DNA of 64,000 bases from NCBI RefSeq assembly GCF_006345805.1, contig NC_042997.1:105896001-105960000 (forward strand). The letters run 5' to 3'. The stretch is from Octopus sinensis. Lineage: Eukaryota. Each line of letters opens with the position of its first letter. The first letter of the stretch is position 1. The position numbers were made by a program, and so were the translations under genes. Under the pieces are notes generated by a model. It searched no databases, was not told the DNA's origin, and saw only the letters and a program-made list of their open reading frames with translations. Positions 13,346 through 25,054 of the stretch are shown here, piece after piece.

Positions 13346-13486
13346 ATTTGAAAACCCCACTAGAATGGGAGAAAGCGCTAATGATTTAAGTGATATGATA
13401 TATATATAAAAAATGTAATATACAAATAAATATCTGTAAATATAAACCATCCGATCTTCTGAGTACCTCATTTCTTCTAATATATA
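13346..13486. repeat. Unclassified interspersed repeat, copy 1 (copy 2 at 31190-31330)
   Basis: ATTTGAAAACCCCACTAGAATGGGAGAAAGCGCTAAT..GAGTACCTCATTTCTTCTAATATATA shared in the same orientation; both copies end in (TA)n. Confidence 0.8.
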
Positions 13487-13516
13487 TATGTGTGTGTGTA
13501 TGCGTCAGTGTGCGTG

Positions 13517-13549
<33 letters not shown>

Positions 13550-13682
13550 TTGGCCTGCTCACTTAGCCAGCGGGGTGGCGTCATTCGAAGGCTAAAACGA
13601 TCGAACGCATTGTGACCAGCGATGTGTAACAACATCTGATGGTCTGGTCGGTTCACGTGATTACGTGATATTATATATATAA

Positions 13683-13727
<45 letters not shown>

Positions 13728-14155
13728 ATAAATCCTGAAGAGCTAATCTATATCTATACTTCTTATAATACAAATTTCTTTTTAAACAAGAATATTCTTC
13801 TCAGTGACATCGAAAATTTGGACATCGCAGTCACGGTTTCGCTATACATTTTGTAAACGTCATAAACCTTTAGACGTATCGGTAAGAGCAACGAAAACCC
13901 GATCATGCATGTATACTTCTTAGGTCCATAATTTTCAATAAGCGTATGTTTCAATATCTGTGTATTTATATGTATGTACTTGAGAACGTACACACGCAAA
14001 CGCGTAAAAACATACACTAAGATAACGAAGCTCAGAAACCATGTTGTAAATTGCAATTTAAAACAAAACAATACATTTTACAATGTTTTAAAACTTTGTA
14101 AATATGATGGAAGCCTGGGAAAAAGTAATTGATTATTGTAATACCGAGAGGCGAT

Positions 14156-14341
14156 ATTCTTTTGTTTTTTATTTGTGTCAGTCATTTGACTGCAGCCATG
14201 CTGGAGCACCGCCTCTACTTGAACAAAACTACTCCAGGACTCATTCTTTGTAAGCCTAATACTTATGTTACGAGAACGTAAACACACTAACATTGCCAAT
14301 CGATGCTAGTGGAGCAAACACAGACACAAACATATACATAC

Positions 14342-14395
<54 letters not shown>

Positions 14396-14543
14396 GACGG
14401 GGTTCTTTCAGTTTCAGTCTATGAAATCCACTCACAAAGCTTTGTTAGACACAGGACTATAATAGAAGACACTTGCCTGAGGTGCCACGCAGTGAGACTG
14501 AACCATGTGGTCGGTAAGCAAGCTACTTACCACAGAGCCACTC

Positions 14544-14545
<2 letters not shown>
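14156..14545 (-). mobile_element. SINE family D, near full length, with internal (TA)n/(CA)n microsatellite
   Basis: 3' tail CAGTCATTTGACTGCAGCCATGCTGGAGCACCGCC, internal microsatellite, head AAGCTACTTACCACAGAGCCACTC. Confidence 0.8.
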
Positions 14546-14574
<29 letters not shown>

Positions 14575-14577
<3 letters not shown>

Positions 14578-15847
14578 CGGTTTGAAAAAATAATGGAAAC
14601 TCCATAAAATTTCAAACAAATTTATTTTAATATAGGGTAGAACCGCCTTTTGCAGTAATTATACTTTTAATTCTACGACGTATGGACTCGTACAAAGTTT
14701 CAATTGCTTCCAAAGGAATTTTTGTCCATTCTTCAACTAAAACCGTCTCCAATTCTTGTAGTGATGATGGTGGAGGATATCGACTCCTGACTTGTTTTTC
14801 TAAAATGCACCATAAATGTTCAATAATATTGAGCTCTGGGGACTGGTGGCCAGATAAGATGTTCAACTTTACTAGAATGTTCCTCACGCCATTCAGTAAC
14901 AACTTTAGCTGTGTAAATTAGTGCATTATCATCCTGAAAGATTGCGTTTCCCTCCGCAAATAGTTCCGCAACCATAGGATGAATTTGATCAGATAAAATA
15001 CTTAAATAGTCTTGACTATTAATTCTGCCACGAAGGGAAACCATTGGGCCTGCGGATTTCCAAGATATATCCCCCTGCCCCAGATCATCACAGATCCTCC
15101 TCCATGTTTAACAATTGGAAGAAAGCAGTCTAGGTGAAATGTTTCTTTTGGCTGTCTCCCCACATATACTTGGCCGGTGGTCGGAAATAAAGTAAAGGAT
15201 GACTCATCCGAGAAAATAACATTCTTCCACTGCTCTGGGCACCAATTCTGTCGGTTTTTATTCCACTCTAAGCGCTTTGCAGCGTTTGTTTTTGAAAGTA
15301 GTTGTTTTCTGTTTGCAGCCCTCCCGTGAAATCCGGTTATGTGCAGCTCCCGGCGAACAGTTTTTGTGGAAACTGAGTTCTCGAGGCGGTCATTAAGCTG
15401 TGCAGTAATTTTGGGAGTTGTACTTTTGTGATCCTTTCTTACAATTCGCGTAAGAGTCCGACGCTCCCTGTCTGGAAGTTTTGGTTTTCTTTCGAAGTTT
15501 TGTTTCGACGAGGAGGTTTTTCTATCTTTTTCAAAGGCTGTCTTTACTTTCGAGACAGTACTTCTTGATACATCAAACACTTCAACTGTTTTCGTTACGC
15601 TGGCGCCTGCCATGCGATCACCAACAATTTTTCCTTTTTGAAAGTCCGATAGATCTGTCTTTTTAGTGAATTCTGATTACCGTTTTCTGATGATATTTGA
15701 AAAGAAACAGCAATTTTAGCCAAACTTATCAAGCAACACTAATAATAAATCAAAAACATAAAAAAACAAGCTTCTGATGGTTTTATAGATATTTCAAAAT
15801 GATGATGCTATGATGCTAAGTGTTTCCATTATTTTGAACAACCCTTG
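14575..15847 (-). mobile_element. Tc1/mariner DNA transposon, full-length fossil (~1.27 kb)
   Basis: Imperfect 26-bp TIRs (TAGCGGTTTGAAAAAATAATGGAAAC versus CAAGGGTTGTTCAAAATAATGGAAAC), TA on both flanks, transposase remnants inside. Confidence 0.9.
14627..15613 (-). pseudogene. Tc1-like DDE transposase, frameshifted
   Basis: Three overlapping ORFs join: paired-like HTH region (VSRSTVSKV..TVRRELH), WKNVIFSDES (D1), FQDDNA (D2), QSPELNIIEHLW (E) and the C-terminal AKGGSTLY motif. Confidence 0.92.
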
Positions 15848-16242
15848 TATATTGAATAAAAAGTACAGAAGAAAAGGGAAATCTTAACAAAAACATAACA
15901 AACGAAAAATTAGACAAAACCATACTACCTGATTCTTCATCAGCAATGTCCAAGAGATGCTAGTGGTTTCGCGTCTTGGCAGCGCCAGAGCAGAGAGCGT
16001 CTGCGAATAGATATTGGATATATACAAGGGCAAAAACAAATAAGACAAACTAAAACAATATAATTATTGTACGCATACAGAAAACAGTAATTATACAAAT
16101 GCAACAAAAAGAATAATAATATAATATATGCAACAGAAAGTGGCCTCACAACCATCAAACTGCCGTATGTGTGTAGCGCAAAGGATAAATGGAAATGTCC
16201 TATGTACATATATATATACATACACACACACGTATATATATC

Positions 16243-16315
<73 letters not shown>

Positions 16316-16346
16316 TATATATATCTATAGTATATATATATATACT

Positions 16347-16452
16347 TTATTTAAAGCAGCAAAAATTCACAACAACAAAATCCGTTAGTCTGAGTTCCTC
16401 GTTGCCGTTCATCAGACAGTTTTTTGCTAGAATTTTCTGCTGCTTTAAATAA
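16347..16452. repeat. Short inverted repeat enclosing a degenerate hammerhead-like motif on the minus strand
   Basis: TTATTTAAAGCAGCAAAAATTC (16347-16368) pairs with GAATTTTCTGCTGCTTTAAATAA (16430-16452); minus strand of the loop reads ACTGT-CTGATGA-ACGGCAACGA-GGAACTCAGACT-A-ACGG. Confidence 0.55.
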
Positions 16453-16521
16453 GCATATTACTCTACCACTGGTATTTGAGTACTCTTTTTTCCACCTTGT
16501 TTCACATTTATGGGTTTACTC

Positions 16522-16578
<57 letters not shown>

Positions 16579-16584
<6 letters not shown>

Positions 16585-16900
16585 TGGGTACGTTAGAAAT
16601 ATCGGTCTGTTACTATAATACTCCCTTGTTCATTCTATTCAAAGTTAATCGTATCGCTTCGTCCTTTGTTGTCAAAGGATAGTTATTATGAAGACTGGTG
16701 TCATTAGTCTTTGACATTTTATTAGTGACTGAGCAAAGTTCAACATATGAAAATACTTAGTTTATTATTACAATATTATATACAATATATTGAAATCTAT
16801 GCGCGAACAAGCAAATATGTCCACATAAACAATCTGAGCATATTTCCGCATAACAATATATACACACCATACATATATATATATATAATATATATATTAT

Positions 16901-16932
<32 letters not shown>

Positions 16933-17357
16933 CATACATGTATATAGATTTTTATATATTTATAAATAGATTTATAATATACATACATACATACATATAT
17001 ACAAACATGCGCGCGCATATATGTATATGTACGTATATATTGATATATTTTAAAAGGAATACACATCTGTATATGTCAATGGAATAATTGTTCTTTGTAT
17101 AGCTTACAATTCGACTACCACAAAAATACCGTGTTCCATGGCATTTGGGAAGAATATATTGTATATAATAAACTAAGTATTTTCATATGTTGAACTTTGC
17201 TCAGTCACTAATAAAATGTCAAAGACTACTGATACCAGACTTCCATAATAACTATCCTTTGACAACAAAGGGGGAAGCGATACGATTAACTTTGAATAGA
17301 ATGAACAAGGGTGTATTGTATTAACAGACCGATATTTCTAACGTACCCATATCATTA
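16579..17357. repeat. ~205-bp inverted repeat pair (16579-16791 and 17153-17357)
   Basis: GTGATATGGGTACGTTAGAAATATCGGTCTG.. is the reverse complement of ..CAGACCGATATTTCTAACGTACCCATATCA; high identity over the whole arm. Confidence 0.9.
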
Positions 17358-17390
17358 GATCAGAGGAAAGCACTCGTGTTAAACTCGAAA

Positions 17391-17527
17391 GCTGTTCGCC
17401 GGGAGTTGCACTTAACCGGATTTCACGGGAGGGCTGCAAACAGAAAACAACTACTTTCAAAAACAAACGCTGCAAAGTGCTTAGAGTGGAATAAAAACCC
17501 ACAGATTTGGTGCCCAGAGCAGAGGAA
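17391..17527 (+). pseudogene. ~140-bp inverted fragment of the neighbouring Tc1 transposase
   Basis: Reads AVRRELHLTGFHGRAANRKQLLSKTNAAKCLEWNKNPQIWCPEQ, nearly identical to the minus-strand ORF at ~15225-15360. Confidence 0.9.
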
Positions 17528-18024
17528 AGCACCCGTGTTAAAATCGAAAGCTATGCGCGAACAAGCAAATATGTCCACATAAACATAAGCATATTTCCGC
17601 ATAAACAATCATTAATCATCATAATCAGCATAATCAGCATATTCGTCATAATATCCTTTCTATTATAGGCACAAGGCCTTAAATTTTACGAGAGTGTGTA
17701 AGGCGATAACATCGGCGCCAGTGCTTGCTCAACTGGTATTTATTTTATCTACCTAGAAAGGATGAAAAGCAAAGTCTATTTAAAGACAGTTGAAATGCCG
17801 CTAAAAGTTTTCTCTGGCCTGCCAACGATTGTACTAGCTCGCCGCCTTAATCATCTCCTAATATAATAATGAGCTTAGTGTTTATCTGTATGTATATGTA
17901 TGTATGTATGTTGTATGTAGTTATGTATGTATGTAGTATGTATGTCTATATATATATATATTACACACATATATATATATATATATATTATATATATCAT
18001 ATATATATATATATTATATATTAT

Positions 18025-18063
<39 letters not shown>

Positions 18064-18067
<4 letters not shown>

Positions 18068-18204
18068 TATAATAGGGGAGTTTACGAAAAAAACAAAAGA
18101 CGAAGACAGGTGGTGTACAAAACAACAGATGTATTAGTATAACGCTCAGGAATAGAAAAAAGTATTTTACATTTCGAGCCTACGCTCTTCTACAGAAAGG
18201 GACA
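18064..18204 (-). mobile_element. Solo Penelope-like pseudo-LTR fragment
   Basis: Reverse complement matches the 3' part of the repeats at 44590-44734, 49117-49258 and 49291-49420 (hammerhead, ..GAGCGTTATACTAATACATCTGTTG..CACCTGTCTTCGTCTTTTG); ends in (TA)n. Confidence 0.8.
18163..18200 (-). ncRNA. Minimal type I hammerhead ribozyme motif, decayed stem III
   Basis: Minus strand CCCTTT-CTGTAGA-A-GAGCGTAGGCTC-GAA-ATGT-A-AAAT; the ACGT palindrome of other copies is mutated to ATGT. Confidence 0.6.
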
Positions 18205-18584
18205 TATATATATATTTGTCTAAAATCACAGAGCAGGAGTACGACGGAGTAGGAGGAAGTGTAGCATAAGTGTAAGGAAGAGGAGAGAAAATAGTAACCC
18301 AGTAAAGGAGAAGTAGTGAGAGTAATAGCCCTGATGACAAGGATGAGAGAAAGTAATAGCAATGTGAGAAAGGAAGTGGCAAAGAGCGCGTCATATATTT
18401 TCTATTTTTCTCTGACACAAAATATGAATGAGAAAGGAAGGGGTAAAAAAAATCAGCATTTCAACTCTGTTTGAGTATATGTGTGTATGTGTGTGCATGT
18501 ACAAGGCAAGTATGTGAATGTTTGTATCTGTGATTATTGTGTAACTTATTTTATACCTTATTTGTATATAAAATATTACAAGTA

Positions 18585-18617
18585 GCCGTCGTTTTTGACG
18601 GCACAGGGTCAGCTAGT
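18585..18617 (+). mobile_element. Helitron-like 3' terminus
   Basis: GC-rich hairpin GCCGTC-GTTTTT-GACGGC, 10 nt spacer, then CTAG followed by T; 5' end not located. Confidence 0.5.
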
Positions 18618-18689
18618 CATAATAATAATCATTTCCATTAGAAGTACAAGTCTTGAACTTTTTTTTTTTTCTTTTTGTGGGCGGTGATA

Positions 18690-19078
18690 AGTCGATGGCA
18701 TCGACCCCAGTGTTCCAGTGGTACTTATTGACCCTAAAAATATGAAATGCAAAGGTGATCTTGGCAGAATTTGAACTCATAACATAAATGCGGACGAATT
18801 GCCACTCAGCATTTTATCCGCCGTGCTAATGATTCTGCCATCTCGCCACCTTAATCTTCATAATAATGGTTTCAAATTTTGGCACAAGGCCAGCAATTTC
18901 GGGAGAAGGTAAGTCGATTACATCGGCTCCTGTGCCCAATCGATACTTATTTTATCAACCCCCATATAGGATGAAAGGAAAAGTCAACCTCGGAAGAATT
19001 TGAACTCAGTACTGAAAACCGGACAAAATGCTGCTAACCATTTTGTCCGACGTGCTAGCGATTCTGCCAGCTCACCGC
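18690..19078 (-). mobile_element. Two adjacent diverged SINE family A copies
   Basis: Twice ..GGCAGAATTTGAACTCA..GATTCTGCCA(T/G)CTC(G/A)CC, the reverse complement of the family A head. Confidence 0.75.
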
Positions 19079-19462
19079 TATACTCATCATTTGGGGCGGG
19101 GTAATGTAAATGTGAATTTACTTAACTTGGCTTTATTAAAGTAAATTATTTTCAACCTGACAATTGAAAGGAGGTCACGAAGTTGAGCTTCTAAGAGATT
19201 GCATCTTGTTCAATAGCACTCAGCAACGCTTCACGAAGTTTCAAGTTCCAATTAAGAAAATGCTGCAATTTTAAGTAATAACACTGTGGATGGGTCGTTG
19301 CACACATATTAATCATATTCCGTCCATCTCAATTTCAAATTCACGACGTACAAAATACTTAAACCACATGTTAAATTCCTTCTCCTTTCTCTCACTCACA
19401 CACGCTCTCTCACTCTCACTCTTTCTTTGTCTCTGTCTCCTTTTCTTTCTCTTTCTTTGTCT

Positions 19463-19524
<62 letters not shown>

Positions 19525-19606
19525 CTCTCTCCATATATGCTTTCTGTGGTTTGTTTAGTTTTTAAAATAGTTCCTCCTAAATCAATATAACAAAGGAGTA
19601 GGACTT

Positions 19607-19650
<44 letters not shown>

Positions 19651-19846
19651 CATACATATATACATACATATGCATGCATACATGCATACATACATACATA
19701 CATACATACATACATACATACAATACAAACATACATACATACATACTACATACATACAGGGTGACCATTATAAAATATAAGTTTGCAATAGTTTTTGATT
19801 TTTCGGCTACCCTGAATACATATATATATATGTATGTATATATATA

Positions 19847-19943
<97 letters not shown>

Positions 19944-19970
19944 GTGTGTTTGTGCATGGAGAGAGAGAGA

Positions 19971-20005
<35 letters not shown>

Positions 20006-20039
20006 GAATAGATAGATAGCTAGATATACATACCTGGCA

Positions 20040-20645
20040 CTGAATGAAACCGCGCTTGCGCGGTGAATTTGGAAAAATCATAATACATAAGGATGAGACG
20101 AGCGTTATTCTGTCTCTAAATTATATCTTAATGATTTGGCGTAGCCACTATTGACAATTTCACCTAGCAAATTATTTTATTTACTAATTAGAGTTCGAAA
20201 CCTAGATATGGCTTTAAAAAAAAAACAAGGTAAAAGTTTTTGTTTTTCATTCCCTTCGAAATTGCTCTTAAATGTGGTTTTGTTCGTTTTGACTGCTACT
20301 TTTAGCTTGTAACGCTGACTGTTAAGGGTCGACTCTATTGTGTTTAATGTACACTAATTTTATATGGAAAACATGTTGTCTATTGACTTTTTATACATGC
20401 TAGGCCACTGGTAGTGAAATTTCTAAAATTTCACTATCCTATATTTTATGAATATGATTTTAGTGATTTCGGAAGTTAATTAAGCATTTTTTGTGTCTAT
20501 TCACTACCGATTGAAACCGCGTTTGCGCGTCAAATTTTTAAAATTATAGTATATGAGACATATGTTATTCTGTCTCTAAATTTTATTTTAATGTTTTGGC
20601 GTAACCACTGATGAGAACTTCGCTTAGGAAAATATTTTTTCGATC
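20040..20645 (-). repeat. Diverged direct repeats (~20043-20180 and ~20511-20640) with a terminal GC hairpin; possible tandem Helitron-type units
   Basis: GAAACCGCGCTTGCGCGGT versus GAAACCGCGTTTGCGCGT, each followed by shared GTTATTCTGTCTCTAAATT..TTTGGCGTA.CCACT. Confidence 0.5.
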
Positions 20646-20673
20646 AATTATTTGCATATATATATATATATAT

Positions 20674-21005
20674 GAAGGCGCATGGCTCAGTGGTTAGAGC
20701 GTTGAGCTTACGATCGTGAGGTTGTGAGCTCGAATCCCGGACCGGGCTGCGTGTTGTGTTCTTGAGCAAGGCACTTTATTTCACGTTGCTCCAGTTCACT
20801 CAGCTGTAGAAATGAGTTGCGACGTCACTGGTGCCAAGCTGTATCGACCTTTGTCTTTCCCTTGGATAACACTGGTGGTGTGGAGAGGGGAGGCTGGTAT
20901 GCATGGGCGACTGCTGGTCTTCCATAAACAACCTTGCCCGGACTTGTGTCTAGGAGGGTAACTTTCTAGGTGCAATCCCATGGTCATTCATGACCGAAGG
21001 GGGTC
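20674..21005 (+). mobile_element. tRNA(Arg)-like SINE family C with a CORE-like domain
   Basis: A box TGGCTCAGTGG, ACG anticodon-like loop, B box GCTCGAATCC, then GTTGTGTTCTTGAGCAAGGCACTTTA..CTCAGCTGTAGAAATG (CORE-like) and a tail ending CCCATGGTCATTCATGACCGAAGGGGGTC. Confidence 0.9.
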
Positions 21006-21236
21006 TAAAAATTAAAAAAATTAAAAAATAAAAATATATACGTATGTATGTATATATTATAAGCATATGAATGATTGGATATATATACATATATACAATA
21101 TCAATGCTAAGTTAGATATATATATATATGCATGTAGATATATAGTGCGAACATATACATGCACACACCCACACACATGCATATCTATGTATGCAAATAT
21201 CTTGATGTATTAGTATATATATATGACTATATATAT

Positions 21237-21320
<84 letters not shown>

Positions 21321-23503
21321 CACAGAGGCATAAATTTATATATATATGCTTGATAAATGATATCAGATTTACAATCTGTTTAGACGAACCAGATTCAGAA
21401 ACTCTTAGGGCTTGTGAGAAGGGATTAGTTAAATAGGGTTTAAGTAATCGACTCACTCAATCACTGACAATATTTCTAATCTACTTAAAAACTCAAAAAC
21501 CACTGTGTAATTTGCTACTGAAATCAAAATATATGTATACATTTAAAAATATTTTTGAATTAATAATTTGTAAACAAGGTCACTTTTGTAAATGTGCTGG
21601 ATGTTTTGAGATGTGGGGAGTTAATCTGGTTCTTTCCAGAGAGGCAAAATTTATATCTTAGTATTAACTGGAATTCGATTAATTAGTTGCAGAGAACCAG
21701 TTTACCCTTTATTTCCGTGGATTTCTTCTAGAGTTCCAGTATTTGAAAGGTTATTGTGGTTGTTTAGCTTCAGTTTATAAGATCCGACTGACAAAATTTA
21801 AGATCAAAAGTTCTCAGCCGTGAATTTTTATATCGAGAACTGAATTATCCAAAGTGTTTTTGCTTTTTAAGAGTAAGATTTCAATGAGTGTTTTTAGGCT
21901 CTTTTAGGATCTATTTCTAGCAAATAAAACAATTACGTCCAGGTTCTTTTGTTGGCTTGCAATGACCACGGATTTACGAGTGGACGAAAATGTGCGCCTT
22001 CGTCTTGATCTTCTCATTCATTCTAAATATGCTTCTCTACTGGTTTAACACTCCACACATATATATTTGAAGGTTTAGTTACTTTATTCTTGATAGGATA
22101 AAAAAAATGACCTAATTATGAATTTTAAAGAGCTACAAGTTAATGTCACAGTGACTGCAAATATAACGGTAGTTAATTTATAATTTATTAGCTCTCGACA
22201 CTTGTAAATATAAATCATGCAGAAAACATAACTAAAAGCAAATTTTTATCCACAAAATTCAAATCGTATTCAAATTATTTTAAGAACCTTGTCAACCATA
22301 TTAGTGGTGGATCTCTAGTGTGACAATGAAGCAACTTTTGATTAGCTTGCAAGCTGCTATAACAAAGTGCCTGTGCTTCTATAATAAAGTCCTGGTGAAT
22401 AGTAGACATAGAGGGGAAATAATTTTACACCAAACCCTGGAATCCTGAAATGCATCAAGTTTATCAAACCCAAAACATTAAAAAAGAATATTCAACTGCA
22501 AAGTTGTCTTTGTCAACCATACAATATCCTAAAAGCTAAATCAAATATTGCCGAAGCTTTTAAAATCTGATTTGGAAACGTTTCCCCTACGAGATTCAAA
22601 GATTTTAACAGGTAAATCTTAAATATAAGCTATCAAATAGGCCAAAGAAACTGAAAACATTTTTGTTGATTTATATTATACTTTCGCGACCCAGGTTCAT
22701 AAGCCTAATCCGTAATTTATGAATCTACGGTTTTGTAACTCAGTCGTACACGAATCCAGAAATCATAGACTGGAATGTGTAATAAGGGTTTCAAGAGTTG
22801 TTTTTTCTTTTTCTCTTTCGTTTATAAACCAAAAATCCAATTACCAACATGCAGACAACACGAACACCACAGCATCAATCCGAATGTCGTATTGACAATT
22901 ATGTGCAAATTATTGTAGCCTATGCATTTACGAGAAGTAAATATCACTCAAAGCTATAGAAAACATGCATCAGAATGTTTTTTACTTCTTTGTTACCTAT
23001 TTAATTAAAGGCATGCCAGCGTAAATCACGAGTTTCCCATTGTTATTCTGTTCATTTTCTTCTCATATATAACTTAAACTCCGGTTTACCAACCGAACCA
23101 CTTGCTACCGTACAACCTTACAAGCAACATACAATACAAGAAATAATACAACAGAAGACTCAAACCAAACCCCATAACAAAACATATTGATACAATACAA
23201 TATTCCACCCCACCACCCCCAAAAAATGCAGCACACACCACCCTACCAGCACAAGGGTGCAACAAATGATGCAATAGAAAGTTGCTTGAAACCCTAAGAT
23301 GTCGAAAAATTATGGTGATGACGATGGTAACGAAAGTAACCCTACCTCAGTTTATGGGAGACAGGAGTTTCCGAAGAAACTCTGGCTGTAACAGGGAAAA
23401 TGAAGCTGGACTGTTATGTGAAGGCCTCTTGCCCGGCAGTGGTTCAGTAAAGATGCAGACTGACCACAGTTATCCTAATACAGCATCAATAGATAATAGA
23501 GTA

Positions 23504-23619
23504 AGGAGGAGGAAGTGACCAGCGAAGAAAACAGGATAGTGAAGTAGTGCTACTTAGAAAGTGAACCTAAAAGGGGCAATAGAAAACGGATGTTAACACT
23601 TTAGGTAGAGAAGGGTATG
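23504..23619 (+). pseudogene. N-terminal ORF fragment of an R4/Dong-type non-LTR retrotransposon
   Basis: With one frameshift and two stops corrected it reads RRK(W)TSEENRIVK(E)CYLESEPKRGNRKRMLTL(W)VEKGM, like the N-terminal motif I recall for R4/Dong ORFs; it ends directly in (TAA)n. Confidence 0.55.
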
Positions 23620-23650
<31 letters not shown>

Positions 23651-23718
23651 TAATAATAATAATAATAATAATAACAACAACAACAACAACAGCAATAATA
23701 ATAATAATAATAATAGTA

Positions 23719-23802
<84 letters not shown>

Positions 23803-23811
23803 ATAATAATA

Positions 23812-23843
<32 letters not shown>
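23620..23843. repeat. Compound (AAT)n/(AAC)n/(AGT)n microsatellite; representative of very many (TA)n, (CA)n, (TACA)n, (GATA)n, (GA)n arrays across the window
   Basis: Directly visible simple repeats; these explain most ORFs in the supplied track. Confidence 0.95.
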
Positions 23844-24377
23844 GGCAGTGGCTCTCATGGCTTCTGATCTTAACTGATTGTAAGTGTTATCATGTACATT
23901 GTTTTGTCTTGGTATAAAAGATGGGCTACAGCAAACATTCTGCTCAATACCACAGATTTGCTTGTCAGTTGTTGACCTTAACCAGTTGAGCATGTTCCTT
24001 AGTGGCTGACGATATGTGCATCTCTGATCACGAGCAGAAGTAGTGGGGGAGCATCATAGCCATGTGTTGAGAGGGATTCTTTGGGGTTTGGATAATTCAC
24101 CTCTGGAAACATGGGTGGTTCTTTCAACATCCTTAAACAACCTTATTCAGGGACCTTTTGAGCAGGATGGGCTACTCAACCTGAAGAAAATTCTAACTGG
24201 GCCCCACCTGCAAGGTCATGTGCTGTTTATCTGATATGAGATCACCATGTCGCGCACATATGGTTGTGATGCATGTGCCTGGTGTACCTTTATCAGACGG
24301 GTAGTCATGATGGGTATATTGGGCTTCGTATATTTTACCCCAGTGTCACTTTGATGGCATGCACTGCTCTCTCACTC
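23844..24377. mobile_element. ~535-bp non-coding element bounded by (AAT)n on both sides
   Basis: Sharp boundaries into AAT arrays at both ends, higher GC than the flanks, no credible ORF. Confidence 0.55.
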
Positions 24378-24394
24378 AATAATAATAATAATAA

Positions 24395-25053
24395 CCAAGA
24401 CATGACAGAGTCGGCCAGTAGTATTTACATTGGACAATATGTCGGCATTATAAAATCAAAACCGCTGACAAATGGTATAAACATCATCCTGAAGCGGTGA
24501 CTGAGGGAGAAATGTGTCGATTCGATGGGACTTCCCCGCGCAGACCGACAGGACTATACAAGCTAATAAACCGGATATCATTATAAAAGATCAGACAAAA
24601 AAGATGCGCTTATTAATTGACATGAGTATTCCCTGTGATCACAATATAGCGGCGAAAGAATTTGACAAGATTAGTAAATATAAAGACCTGCTAATGGAAA
24701 TTGAAAAATATGGCATCTCAAGGCGACTACAGTACCAGTGATTGTAGGATCTCTAGGAATGATTTTAAAAAAGTACTGAAACCTATTTGAAAATGATTCC
24801 AGGCTTACCATCCCTACAGGAAGTGCAAAAAATCGTATTAACTGGAACGGCTCATGTACTGAGAAGAGCACTATCGCTGTGAAAATAACATCCATCCATG
24901 AATTTATTTATTTATTAATTTTTAAATACATATTTTATCTTTGAATTTGTGCGTGTAATCTGGGAATGCATATAATGCCCTTCTCTGCCCTAGGTGTATG
25001 GAAAACACTCGGCGAGAAACGGAAGAAAATTTGAATAAAGAAGGAAAAAGCAT
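24395..25053 (+). mobile_element. 5'-truncated R4/Dong-clade LINE: restriction-like endonuclease domain plus 3' UTR
   Basis: RHDRV..HW..C..KWYKHHPE..WDFPAQTDRTIQANKPDIIIKD..IDMSIPCD..KISKYKDL..W..TVPVIVGSLG..QKIVLTGTAHVLRRALSL* (PD-(D/E)xK type; stop at 24880-24882); flanked by (TAA)n on both sides. Confidence 0.88.
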
Positions 25054-25054
25054 C

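Noticed and set aside
15925-15985. CTGATGA and GAAAC on the minus strand suggesting a hammerhead
   Set aside because: Stems I-III cannot be paired in any topology I tried.
20674-20745. tRNA-Arg-like sequence (also heads at 9938, 30329, 44058, 63279)
   Set aside because: Acceptor and T stems do not close and the sequence runs on into SINE bodies; these are SINE heads, not tRNA genes.
22430-22565. Faint resemblance to a Penelope RT motif (PGIL..K..NI.L)
   Set aside because: Too degenerate; no neighbouring motifs recovered.
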